Assembly (NCBI GenBank): GCA_963663995.1
Contig: OY760660.1
Location: forward strand, 630,001 to 662,000
Direction of reading: 5' to 3'
Length of the DNA stretch: 32,000 nucleotides
Source: Erysipelotrichaceae bacterium
Lineage (GTDB): Bacteria; Bacillota_I; Bacilli_A; Erysipelotrichales; Erysipelotrichaceae
In this document: in pieces, positions 11,458 to 19,800 of the stretch
How the letters are laid out: each line of letters begins with the position of its first letter
How positions within the stretch are numbered: the first letter of the stretch is position 1
Translations under genes and position numbers: made by a program
The notes under the pieces: generated by a model
Databases searched by the model: none
Told to the model about the DNA's origin: nothing
Seen by the model: the letters and a program-made list of their open reading frames with translations, nothing else

Positions 11458-11482
11458 TAAAAAAAATGCACTTTCGTGCATC
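11458..11482 (-). terminator. Rho-independent terminator after the ferritin gene (A-run/T-run on both sides, possibly bidirectional)
   Basis: ATGCAC-tttc-GTGCAT is flanked by A8 upstream and T6 downstream on the plus strand. On the minus strand the stem is followed by T8. Confidence 0.7.
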
Positions 11483-11491
11483 TTTTTTGAA

Positions 11492-11971
11492 CTATCGTTG
11501 AGCGAGTGAATCATCCATGCGCATAATACCAATTGGTGTAGGTACTTTTTCTAAGCGAGTGATGATGTCATTAAGTGTACTTTCTTCTTCAACTTGTTCA
11601 TCTACAAACCAACCAAAGAGTCTAACTAAGGCATAGTGTTGTGATGCCATTGAGGAAGCAAAGAGTTTACCAATTCTTTCAGTGACAATTTTTTCATGTG
11701 CTAAAGCTTGTTTAAATAAATCAATGTAGTCAGCGACTGCTAGTTTATCTAAAGCAATTGGCTTTAATTCAACTTTTTCATCGAGTTCTTGTAGAAAGTG
11801 AATGAGTTTCATTCCATGTTCTAATTCTTCTGATGCTTGTTTTTCCATCCAATGTGATGCCCCAGGGTAACCTTCTTCTTGTGCCCAAGTAGCCATTGCT
11901 AGATAGAGATAACCAGATTCAAATTCGAAATTAATTTGATCAAGTACTAAATCGTGTAATTCTTTTTTCAT
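11492..11971 (-). CDS. Ferritin (non-haem bacterial ferritin)
   Basis: 159 aa. INFEFESGYLYLAMATW...ASEELEHGMKLIHFL is a ferritin di-iron (ferroxidase) ligand pattern. Confidence 0.9.
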   Translation of the reverse strand: MKKELHDLVLDQINFEFESGYLYLAMATWAQEEGYPGASHWMEKQASEELEHGMKLIHFLQELDEKVELKPIALDKLAVADYIDLFKQALAHEKIVTERIGKLFASSMASQHYALVRLFGWFVDEQVEEESTLNDIITRLEKVPTPIGIMRMDDSLAQR

Positions 11972-11999
11972 TATTTTAATTCTCCTTATCGATACTTAA

Positions 12000-12008
12000 A
12001 TTATACCA
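12000..12008 (-). promoter_or_regulatory. Extended -10 element (TGgTATAAT) upstream of the ferritin gene
   Basis: On the minus strand, TGGTATAAT lies about 28 nt upstream of the ATG, followed by SD AAGGAG. Confidence 0.4.
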
Positions 12009-12039
12009 ATAATTCAAAACTAAACACTCTCAATGCTCT

Positions 12040-12459
12040 TTATTTTTGCCTTAAAATATCTATAAAAGGCTGATTATGGTTAATATCGTTAAAAACTTTT
12101 CCATCGAGGGCAGCCATTGGTCCTAGTGAACACATGCCCATGCAGCCAACATAATGCACTTCAAAGTCGTTATTTTCAGCAATGATATCTTGTGTATTTT
12201 GATTTATTTTCATTAAACAAGATTGACCTTGGCATAAATGTAGATGGTGACTAGCATGTTCAACAATTTCTAAACTTCTAGTAATTCGTACCCAATGTTC
12301 AATATCTTTAAGCGGAATATTATAGTCATTAAAAAGATGATAAACATCCATATCACTTAAGACCCCTGCTTGTACTTGAATGTCTAAGAGTAATCGCTTT
12401 AAAGTGATCTCATTATTTTGGTATTTCGTAACTAAACGTTTAAGTGCTTCTTTTTCCAT
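12040..12459 (-). CDS. Thioredoxin-like [2Fe-2S] ferredoxin (NuoE/HndA-like), paralogue 2
   Basis: 139 aa. It has the Cys pattern C-x4-C (CQGQSC) ... C-x3-C (CMGMC) followed by SLGP, plus an N-terminal helical region as in NuoE-type proteins. Confidence 0.7.
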   Translation of the reverse strand: MEKEALKRLVTKYQNNEITLKRLLLDIQVQAGVLSDMDVYHLFNDYNIPLKDIEHWVRITRSLEIVEHASHHLHLCQGQSCLMKINQNTQDIIAENNDFEVHYVGCMGMCSLGPMAALDGKVFNDINHNQPFIDILRQK

Positions 12460-12461
12460 AT

Positions 12462-12881
12462 TTATTTCTTCTGTTTAACAGCCATTTTAAACCCAAAGTT
12501 CGTATTTATGTCGATATATGCTTCGCCATTCACAAAAGCGATTGGGGCAGATGAGCACATCCCACAACAAGGTACTTTATGAACATCAAAACCTTCTAGT
12601 TCATCAATGTAGTTCATAATGGCTTCTGTTCGTTTAAATTCACAAACATTTCCAGTACAAAGATGGATGACATTTTTATTAGCTTCTTTAATGTCTAAAT
12701 CATTATTTTCTTTAACACAGTTTTCAATTTCCTTTAAGGGAATATCAAAATGCTTTAAAAGAATAAAGACTTCTTTTTCACTTAAGCCATTGTCATTTTG
12801 TATGTTTAATAATAAATCGTATAAACTTATTTCTTTTTCTTGATAACTTAATACAAGTCGTCTAAGTGTTTCTGTTTCCAT
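12462..12881 (-). CDS. Thioredoxin-like [2Fe-2S] ferredoxin (NuoE/HndA-like), paralogue 1
   Basis: It has C-x4-C (CTGNVC) ... C-x3-C (CCGMC) followed by SSAP. The start was moved to ATG 12881 (METETLRRLV...), which aligns with MEKEALKRLV of the paralogue. The ORF-track GTG at 12914 would add 11 unaligned residues. Confidence 0.7.
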   Translation of the reverse strand: METETLRRLVLSYQEKEISLYDLLLNIQNDNGLSEKEVFILLKHFDIPLKEIENCVKENNDLDIKEANKNVIHLCTGNVCEFKRTEAIMNYIDELEGFDVHKVPCCGMCSSAPIAFVNGEAYIDINTNFGFKMAVKQKK

Positions 12882-13579
12882 ATTCTTATACCCTTTTCTA
12901 CAAAGACTACCCACAAAATCATCCAGATACTTAAGGAAAATAATTCTGCAATCTCAAAGTTAACTTTTGCGCCATACAACAAATAACCTAATCCTGGTTG
13001 TACTTGACCAAGTATTTCTGCCATTACCCCTACTTTAAATCCTAAACTTAAGGAAAGGATTAAAGCTTCAAAGATAAAAGGTAATAGATTAGGGATATAA
13101 ACTTTAAGTAATGTTTCTAAGAAGCTTTCAGGATATATTTCCATCACTTCTAATTGATCGAGATTGAGATTATCTAAGCCACTAATCATTTGTGAGTAGG
13201 ATGCTGGAAAAACAATCAACATCGCAATCACTGAAACGGAGATTTCACGGGATAACCAAATTAATATTAATAAAATATAGGTAATATTGGGTAGTGTTTT
13301 GACTAACGTTAAAAATGGATTAATTAAAACACGGTACCAATTAAAACGCTGTGCCATTAATGCTGAAAAGAAAGCAAAGACTAAAGCAAATGAACTCCCA
13401 ATGACAACACGAGCAATACTCGTAAAAAAAGCTAGGTAAAAATTTGGATCGATTGCTTCAGATATAAAATAAGACATGACAGTAAAAAGATCTGGTAGGA
13501 TGATCGGTTTATTCACCACTAAAACCAGAACTTCATAAGCCATTAGATAAAGAATCCAAACTAAACTCTTCTTCAACAT
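12848..13579 (-). CDS. ABC importer permease, NitT/TauT (SsuC/TauC-like) family; no cognate ATPase or binding protein in the window
   Basis: 243 aa with about 6 TM. It has a binding-protein-dependent transport signature region (SYSQMISGLDNLNLDQLEVMEIY) and an N-terminal PIILPDL motif. Confidence 0.8.
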   Translation of the reverse strand: MLKKSLVWILYLMAYEVLVLVVNKPIILPDLFTVMSYFISEAIDPNFYLAFFTSIARVVIGSSFALVFAFFSALMAQRFNWYRVLINPFLTLVKTLPNITYILLILIWLSREISVSVIAMLIVFPASYSQMISGLDNLNLDQLEVMEIYPESFLETLLKVYIPNLLPFIFEALILSLSLGFKVGVMAEILGQVQPGLGYLLYGAKVNFEIAELFSLSIWMILWVVFVEKGIRIWKQKHLDDLY

Positions 13580-13595
13580 GTCTAAAGTATAGCAT

Positions 13596-14087
13596 TCATC
13601 GAGTAAATATCACGACATAGTTATAGCCTAATTTTTGTGCACAGTTAGGACATGAAGTGAAGTAAACAAATTGTTCCTTGATACTTAAACCTTTCATCGC
13701 CCACTCTTTTTTAATGCTTTGTTTCCATTTTGGGATATTCTTATATTCTCCTTCAAAAACATAAGCTCTAAAAACGCCTTTGATTCGATGATGTTTATAC
13801 ATTCTATTTTGGCTTTTGACATGCATAAAATGTGTCGATGAAAACATCGATGCGTTTTGCGTTAAAACTAAATATTTGGATTCTTGATGTTTGATGATCG
13901 TTTTAACTTCTTTTATTACTTTGTGTAATCGATATGGAACATGAAAAATGAGACTTGATTTTATTCTGACAAAATTTAGATTTGAGAAGTCAAATAATTT
14001 TCTATCCCAATGGGATGGATTTATCTTAGTACAACAATTATCTTCGTCTTCAATTAAATAATCTGGAATATGATACATGATAGTCAT
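13596..14087 (-). CDS. Cys-rich protein of unknown function (N-terminal CC, C-terminal CPxC), paralogue B
   Basis: 163 aa with CCTKINPSHWDRKLFDF and SCPNCAQKLGYNYVVIFTR. SD AGAGGGGGA lies upstream. It is a paralogue of 14190-14696. Confidence 0.7.
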   Translation of the reverse strand: MTIMYHIPDYLIEDEDNCCTKINPSHWDRKLFDFSNLNFVRIKSSLIFHVPYRLHKVIKEVKTIIKHQESKYLVLTQNASMFSSTHFMHVKSQNRMYKHHRIKGVFRAYVFEGEYKNIPKWKQSIKKEWAMKGLSIKEQFVYFTSCPNCAQKLGYNYVVIFTR

Positions 14088-14189
14088 AAAGATATCCCCC
14101 TCTTTTGAAGAAGGATACCATAGTTTTAGATATGAATGGGCTATAGATAAATACTTATTTTATATGTAGTTATAGTTTTTAGATTTCAA

Positions 14190-14696
14190 TTATCGAGTAA
14201 ATATTACGATATAGTTGTGTCCATAAGTTTTGGCACATTTTGGACAGGTCGTATAGAAAACAAACTGTTCTTGTATCGATTTGCCTTTAATCTGGTAATC
14301 TTCACTGATCTCTTTAAACCACTTAGGTATTTCATTAAAATTCCCTTCAAAAACACGTGCATTAAATATTCCTTTCACTTTTTCTAAAGGCATACTGGTC
14401 ATATGATTATCAACCATAAAATAATGAACTGATGAAAAAGCCGATAAGTCTTTACTTAAAATAAGGTATTGATGATCTGGTTGAGCGTGTTCAGTGTCGA
14501 TCTTAGTTTGAACACTTGTCATAACTTTACCTAAGTCTATAGGCATGTGCATAAAACTTTTTGAGAACGCCTTAACAAAAGATAAATCAGAAAAATCAAA
14601 ATTTTTGCGATCCCATCGCTCAGGATAGAACTTTGGACAACAACCAGTGACCATATCAGCATCACTATAACTAGGTATCGTTTTTAATACACTCAT
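14190..14696 (-). CDS. Cys-rich protein of unknown function (N-terminal CC, C-terminal CPxC), paralogue A
   Basis: 168 aa with CCPKFYPERWDRKNFDF and TCPKCAKTYGHNYIVIFTR. It aligns along its full length with paralogue B. Confidence 0.7.
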   Translation of the reverse strand: MSVLKTIPSYSDADMVTGCCPKFYPERWDRKNFDFSDLSFVKAFSKSFMHMPIDLGKVMTSVQTKIDTEHAQPDHQYLILSKDLSAFSSVHYFMVDNHMTSMPLEKVKGIFNARVFEGNFNEIPKWFKEISEDYQIKGKSIQEQFVFYTTCPKCAKTYGHNYIVIFTR

Positions 14697-14777
14697 CTGA
14701 TTTACCTCTTTTTAATTATTATAGCTGTTAATTAAAAAAGAAATAGGAATTATATAAATAAGATTCGTATTATTAAC

Positions 14778-14870
14778 AAGGTTCTTATTCAAATAAATGG
14801 AATAAAAACATTAAAGTTCTTGATTATATGGTTTATATCCCATATTATTAGTAAGTAATAAAGAACTTTA
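14778..14870. promoter_or_regulatory. Repeated AA(A/G)GTTCTT motif (two direct copies, one inverted) in the promoter region of the second toxin-antitoxin pair
   Basis: The copies are AAGGTTCTT (14778-14786), TAAAGTTCTT (14812-14821) and its exact reverse complement AAGAACTTTA (14861-14870). The last lies just before SD GAAGAGG. Confidence 0.4.
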
Positions 14871-14883
14871 GAAGAGGTAAAAA

Positions 14884-15255
14884 ATGAACTTCAAAGTTGT
14901 TTATTATGTTAAATCTAATGGTGATGTTCCAGTATTAAATTTTCTAGATCGTTTAGATATTAAAATGACTGTTGTAGTCATGAGAAATATAATACTACTA
15001 GAAAAAAATGGACATCAATTAAAAATGCCCTATAGTAAATCACTTCGAAAAGGACTATTTGAACTAAGAACTCAATCAAACGGTAATATAACAAGGATTA
15101 TTTATTTCTTCTACCATCATAAAACCATCATCTTAACTAACGGTTTTGTGAAGAAAACAAATAAAACACCTCCAAAAGAAATACGCATCGCAAAAGCATT
15201 TCAAAAAGAGTTTATAAAAAGAATGAGGAACGAGAATGAAAACAGTAAACTTTAG
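14884..15255 (+). CDS. Type II toxin, RelE/ParE superfamily (HigB / Gp49-like), second copy
   Basis: 123 aa with blocks LLEKNG, FELRT, NITRIIYFF and IILTNGFVKKTNKT shared with 6247-6606. Confidence 0.75.
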   Translation: MNFKVVYYVKSNGDVPVLNFLDRLDIKMTVVVMRNIILLEKNGHQLKMPYSKSLRKGLFELRTQSNGNITRIIYFFYHHKTIILTNGFVKKTNKTPPKEIRIAKAFQKEFIKRMRNENENSKL

Positions 15256-15520
15256 AGATGATCTTCATCAAAGACTAAAAAACAAAGAGTTTAAAGAAGC
15301 TTTTGATAATCTGGAACAAGAGTACACGATCATTCAAGCAATTTTAGATGCACGTCTATCCAAAAATTTAACTCAAAAACAGTTAGCAGAACTAACTGGA
15401 ATTGATCAAGCGGATATTAGTAAACTTGAAAGAGGTATGACAAATCCATCAATTAAACTATTAAACAAACTAGCTGATGGATTAAATATGAAACTTAAAA
15501 TTACATTTATACCAAAATAA
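15236..15520 (+). CDS. XRE-family HTH antitoxin (HigA-like), second copy
   Basis: 94 aa. LTQKQLAELTGIDQADISKLERGMTNPSIKLLNKLADGL is an XRE HTH. It overlaps the toxin gene by 20 nt. Confidence 0.8.
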   Translation: MKTVNFRDDLHQRLKNKEFKEAFDNLEQEYTIIQAILDARLSKNLTQKQLAELTGIDQADISKLERGMTNPSIKLLNKLADGLNMKLKITFIPK

Positions 15521-15525
15521 TTGGA

Positions 15526-16845
15526 TTATTTTAAATGTTCAAATCTTTCTTTCATGGTTGGATTATTCTTCGTTAATTTCTTAACCGTTAAATCCTCAGC
15601 TTTATCATTAGCTAAGCGTAAGTTATTTTCAGATGACATCAAAGCTTCTTTTGTTTTTTGAAGTTGAGCAATTGTTTTATCAATCCCTGCAATGGCTTCA
15701 TTAAAACGACGACTTGCCAGTTCATAATTTTTCGCAAAACCTGTTTTGAAGTTATTCAAATCCTCTTCAAAATGGGTGATATCGATATTTTGTGTTTTCA
15801 TTAAAGCTACTTCTTGTTTATATTCAAGCGATTTTAAAGCTGCATTTCTAAGTAGTGTAATCATTGGTATAAAGAACTGTGGACGAATAACGTAGAGTTT
15901 TTCATACTCGTAGGATTCATCTACGATTCCTGTATTAAAATACTCATTCTCAGCTTCTAGTAAAGTCACAAGGACGGCATACTCACAGTTCTTTTCTTTT
16001 CTGTCTTTATCTAACTCTTTATAGTAGTCTTTGTTTTTCTTTTTAGTTGCGGTGGTATCGCCTTCATTTTTCATCTCAAACATGATCGAGATAATCTCTG
16101 TCCCGTGTTCATCAAATTCGCGATAGATATAATCGCCTTTACTACCACTACTCGCATCATTGTCTTTGCCAAATTGTGCATTTCTAAACGCTGTCATACG
16201 TAGTTTATTAAATTCAATCTCACAATGTTGTTCTAAGGTTTCACCTAAGAGTTTTACATTTTGTTTAGCTTTTAGATCTTTATAGAAAGCAATGGTTTCA
16301 TCTTTTTGTTTAAGTTCAACTAAATGATTCTCTTTAATTGATTTTTGATTTAGTTCATTCTCTTTCTTAATCATTTCCAATGAACTGGTTAATTCAAAAG
16401 TCTTCTTATCAATGCTATTTTTAAGTTCTACTAATTCTTTATCTTTTTCTGCTAAAGACTGCATCAACTTTGCTTGCGCATCTTTTTCTAAACTTTCAGT
16501 TTTATACATTAACTCAGCAATTCTTTTTTCTTGCGCGACAATTCTTTCTTTAAGCTCAGTTTCAGCTTTGTTGATCGCTAAAGATTTATCACTTTCTGAA
16601 GAATCTAGCTTTGCCTTTAACTCTAAGATTTGTGTATCTTTTTGTGAGAGTTCTTTTTCTAAGATATTCTTTGTCTTTTCTTTAGCCAGTTCGATTTCTG
16701 AAGCTTGTTGGATTTTCGCATCTTCTAGTTTTTGATGAAGTTCCTCATTAAACGTTCTGTTTCTAATTTGAGACACAATATCTAAATAAGCTGTTTCATC
16801 AACTTTAAATTCTTTATGACAATGTGGACACTTTATTTCGTACAT
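15526..16845 (-). CDS. DUF2130-type protein: N-terminal CxxC knuckle, long coiled coil, and a C-terminal domain with a D...E-x-K motif (RmuC-like architecture)
   Basis: 439 aa. The [20 protein letters not shown] start is typical of DUF2130. Residues 40-190 are Glu/Lys-rich heptad-like sequence. GDYIYREF...[11 protein letters not shown] is a D/ExK signature. SD AAGGGG overlaps the addA stop. Confidence 0.7.
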   Translation of the reverse strand: MYEIKCPHCHKEFKVDETAYLDIVSQIRNRTFNEELHQKLEDAKIQQASEIELAKEKTKNILEKELSQKDTQILELKAKLDSSESDKSLAINKAETELKERIVAQEKRIAELMYKTESLEKDAQAKLMQSLAEKDKELVELKNSIDKKTFELTSSLEMIKKENELNQKSIKENHLVELKQKDETIAFYKDLKAKQNVKLLGETLEQHCEIEFNKLRMTAFRNAQFGKDNDASSGSKGDYIYREFDEHGTEIISIMFEMKNEGDTTATKKKNKDYYKELDKDRKEKNCEYAVLVTLLEAENEYFNTGIVDESYEYEKLYVIRPQFFIPMITLLRNAALKSLEYKQEVALMKTQNIDITHFEEDLNNFKTGFAKNYELASRRFNEAIAGIDKTIAQLQKTKEALMSSENNLRLANDKAEDLTVKKLTKNNPTMKERFEHLK

Positions 16846-16851
16846 AAATCA

Positions 16852-19800
16852 CTACCCCTTTATCTCTATAAATTTCTTTAAGTGTAAACTATATAAATAC
16901 CCTTTTACTTTTTTATCAGGATATTGTCTTTGTAGTACAGTCATATAGTTCTCGATTTGTTCATGATAGAGTTCAATAAATGTTAGCTCTTCATCGATTC
17001 CATCCGTTTTATAGTCGATGCAATAGACCGACTTTTCACAGACTGCTATACAATCCATATAACCATGCATCACAATATTATCTAATAAGGCATGGAAAGC
17101 ATATTCATGCTTGATTTCCCCTTTTAACATCGCTTGATAGATATCTGATTGATAATACGTCATAAAAGCTTCTTGATCACTTTCACTTAAGTCAGCTTTA
17201 TATTCAAGCAATAATGGCTTTGTCCAATCTGTGAGTGGTAAATCTTCAAAAAGTTTATGGATTTCAGTTCCATGAACCGTTCCTTTATTTTGATTAAAGT
17301 TTAAATGAACTTCACTCATTTGTGGATGGGTTGAACTTGGTGTTTTAAATTCAATGGATGATCGTTCTTTAACACTATATTCAAAGTTTTTCTTTTCTTT
17401 AATTTTCTTTTGATTAAATACATAAGATTGATCAATAATCTCATGGACATATTCAACTTTAACTTTGCCTAAAGAAGCATGTACAGCAGCTTGAATAAGA
17501 TAAGTACTTCCCCATCCATCCAAGATTACACTGTCTTCTAGAGGAATATTAAATTTAGGTGTTTGATCTATGATAATGAGTTTATCAACAGCACGTGTTA
17601 GGGCAACATAGATTAAACGAACTTGTTCTAAGATATCATCTCGTCTTGTTTTCATTTCTAAAGCAAGTCTGACTGGATTTTTACGGGTTCCAAGTTTTGG
17701 AAACTGTATCGTTTTTAACATAAAGCCAAGTTCACTATCAGCTAAAAGGGCTGCATCATTATCTTTTACACTTGCACTAAGTCGTGACCAATATAAAACC
17801 ACTGGAAATTCTAAACCTTTAGATTGATGTATGGTCATGACTCTTACCACATCATCTTCTGTCGTAAAAGGAATGGCTTCTGTACTTTCAGTATCTTCAA
17901 CTGATGTAATTTGTGAGACAAACTCAGATAAAGACATCGCTTGATCACGATAAAGTAGAGCTTTTTCAAAAAGTAAGTCTAAGTTAGCTCGTGCTTGTAA
18001 ATCACAGAAATCATCATAGTATTGGTTATAAGCAAAGATAGACTTAATCACTGTTAATAAATCCGATGATCTAACTTGATTGATAAAGAACATCAGTTCT
18101 TGGTATTTTTCAGGATACAGTTCTTTTAAAACTTGAACATAAAAACGATTTCCTTTGACTAATGCCATTTGTGCTAAATCTCTATCACTGAGTTCAATAA
18201 ACTGTGATAAACATAATCCGACAAAATTCAAATCATCATATGGATTTAAGATAGCTTTGATCATCAATAATACATCTTGAACAGCTGGCGCATTAAAGAA
18301 ACCCGTCTTAGCACTGATATGATGTGGGATATTCGCTTTTTCAAACAAATCCTGTAGATATTCTTTTTCAGCATTTGATCTAACTAAGACAACATAATCA
18401 CGATAGTTATTAAAAGATGTTTCTTCTCTCATCTTTTCAATCGTATTCACCATATGAATAACATGTAACTTTGCATTAGGATCAACTTGTTTTGAAGCTG
18501 AACTATCTTCTGTATCAATCACTTCATCACTATCATCAAAGGATTCTTCACTATCCTCTTGTTTGGCGAGGAAGTGAATCTCAATAGCTTCTCCCCCTGC
18601 TTGTTTATCAGTTCCAATTTTTACGGTATCAGATGCATGAAAGAAAGATCCTAAGTTAGGAAAATCCATTAACTGTTTAAAGATTTCATTATTAAAGACA
18701 ACAATTGATTCTTTAGATCGATAGTTTTCATCTAAGAATAAAACCTGATTATTATCATCACTATTACGCATTAAACCTTGCATCAGTTGTGGCTGAGCAT
18801 TTCTAAAGCGATAGATACTTTGTTTAACATCGCCTACTCTAAAGACATTTGATCCAGAACTAATCAGTTCAACAATTTGATTTTGAACTTCATTGGTATC
18901 TTGAAATTCATCCACCATAATTTCTTTGATCTTCTCTTTAAAAACATAATTGATTTTAAATTGTTCATTCTTTAAGATTTCAATGGCTAAGTGTTCCATA
19001 TCATCAAAATCAATCGCTAAAGCTTCTGATTTAAGCGTTTTATAGAATTCCATGCTGAGTTGTGTTAAATCAATTAAAGTCTTTAAGCGACTCTTTAACA
19101 GGCTCATATCACTAAACCAATCTGATTCTTCAAAGTTTAATTCAGTCAGTCGATTATAAGCTTTTTTATATGCATCCCATTGATGACCTATGACTTCATA
19201 ATTACTTGTTTGTGGCGGACCTTTAAACTCACAAACAATCGCCATTTTCGCGATACACTTTTGATATTTCTCATAGTTAAAATCTATAGTTAAATGTTCA
19301 AGTTCATGGATAAAGCTTTGACGACACTCTTCTTGAGCTAAAAACTTAAGACGATTAGCACTATCCCCTTTAGCTCTTTTCCCTGATTCGATAAAATCAA
19401 TATAATCTTGATTATGAACTGTTTTCAATATCGCTTTTTGACGATAGATAAAATTATCGATATACCATTTATACATTAAGTCAAAATAAGTTTTATGTTG
19501 TCCATTTAAATCAGCATAGGATGTGATATCTCCACAATCTAAACTCATTTTTATCCAAGCATCTTGATCTTCTAATGTGTTGAGTTTATTTTTAAGTTTC
19601 TCAACAGCCTCTTTTAAATTAAAGTTTGAACTTAAACCTAAATCAAAATGCCAAGCCAGTTCTTTCATACCACTTTCATCACTTAAAATCATTTGTTTAT
19701 AAGCCAATGAAAAAGCTTTATCCCACAAACGTTTTTTGGAGGGTTCATCTAAAACATTTTTAACTTGATTGGGATCAATCCCACTTACATAAGAATAGTT

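Noticed and set aside
11999-12014. AATTAT-n4-ATAATT palindrome at the ferritin promoter as a Fur/PerR box
   Set aside because: It is a 6-bp AT-only inverted repeat that coincides with the -10 hexamer. It does not match the 7-1-7 TGATAAT-n-ATTATCA Fur consensus.
12619-12843. 74-aa plus-strand ORF
   Set aside because: It is antisense to the ferredoxin-like gene and has no supporting signals.
12882-12914. GTG-initiated 11-residue extension of the first ferredoxin-like gene
   Set aside because: The paralogue alignment starts exactly at ATG 12881. The extension would deepen the overlap with the permease gene to 67 nt.
15514-15532. AAAATAAT-tgg-ATTATTTT hairpin spanning both stop codons of the convergent antitoxin and DUF2130 genes
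   Set aside because: The stem is 8 bp of A/T pairs only, which is too weak to call an intrinsic terminator. It is probably a by-product of two AT-rich gene ends 5 nt apart.
16412-16735. 107-aa plus-strand ORF
   Set aside because: It is antisense to the coiled-coil region of DUF2130. The Ser/Leu/Phe-rich sequence is the mirror of Glu/Lys codons.
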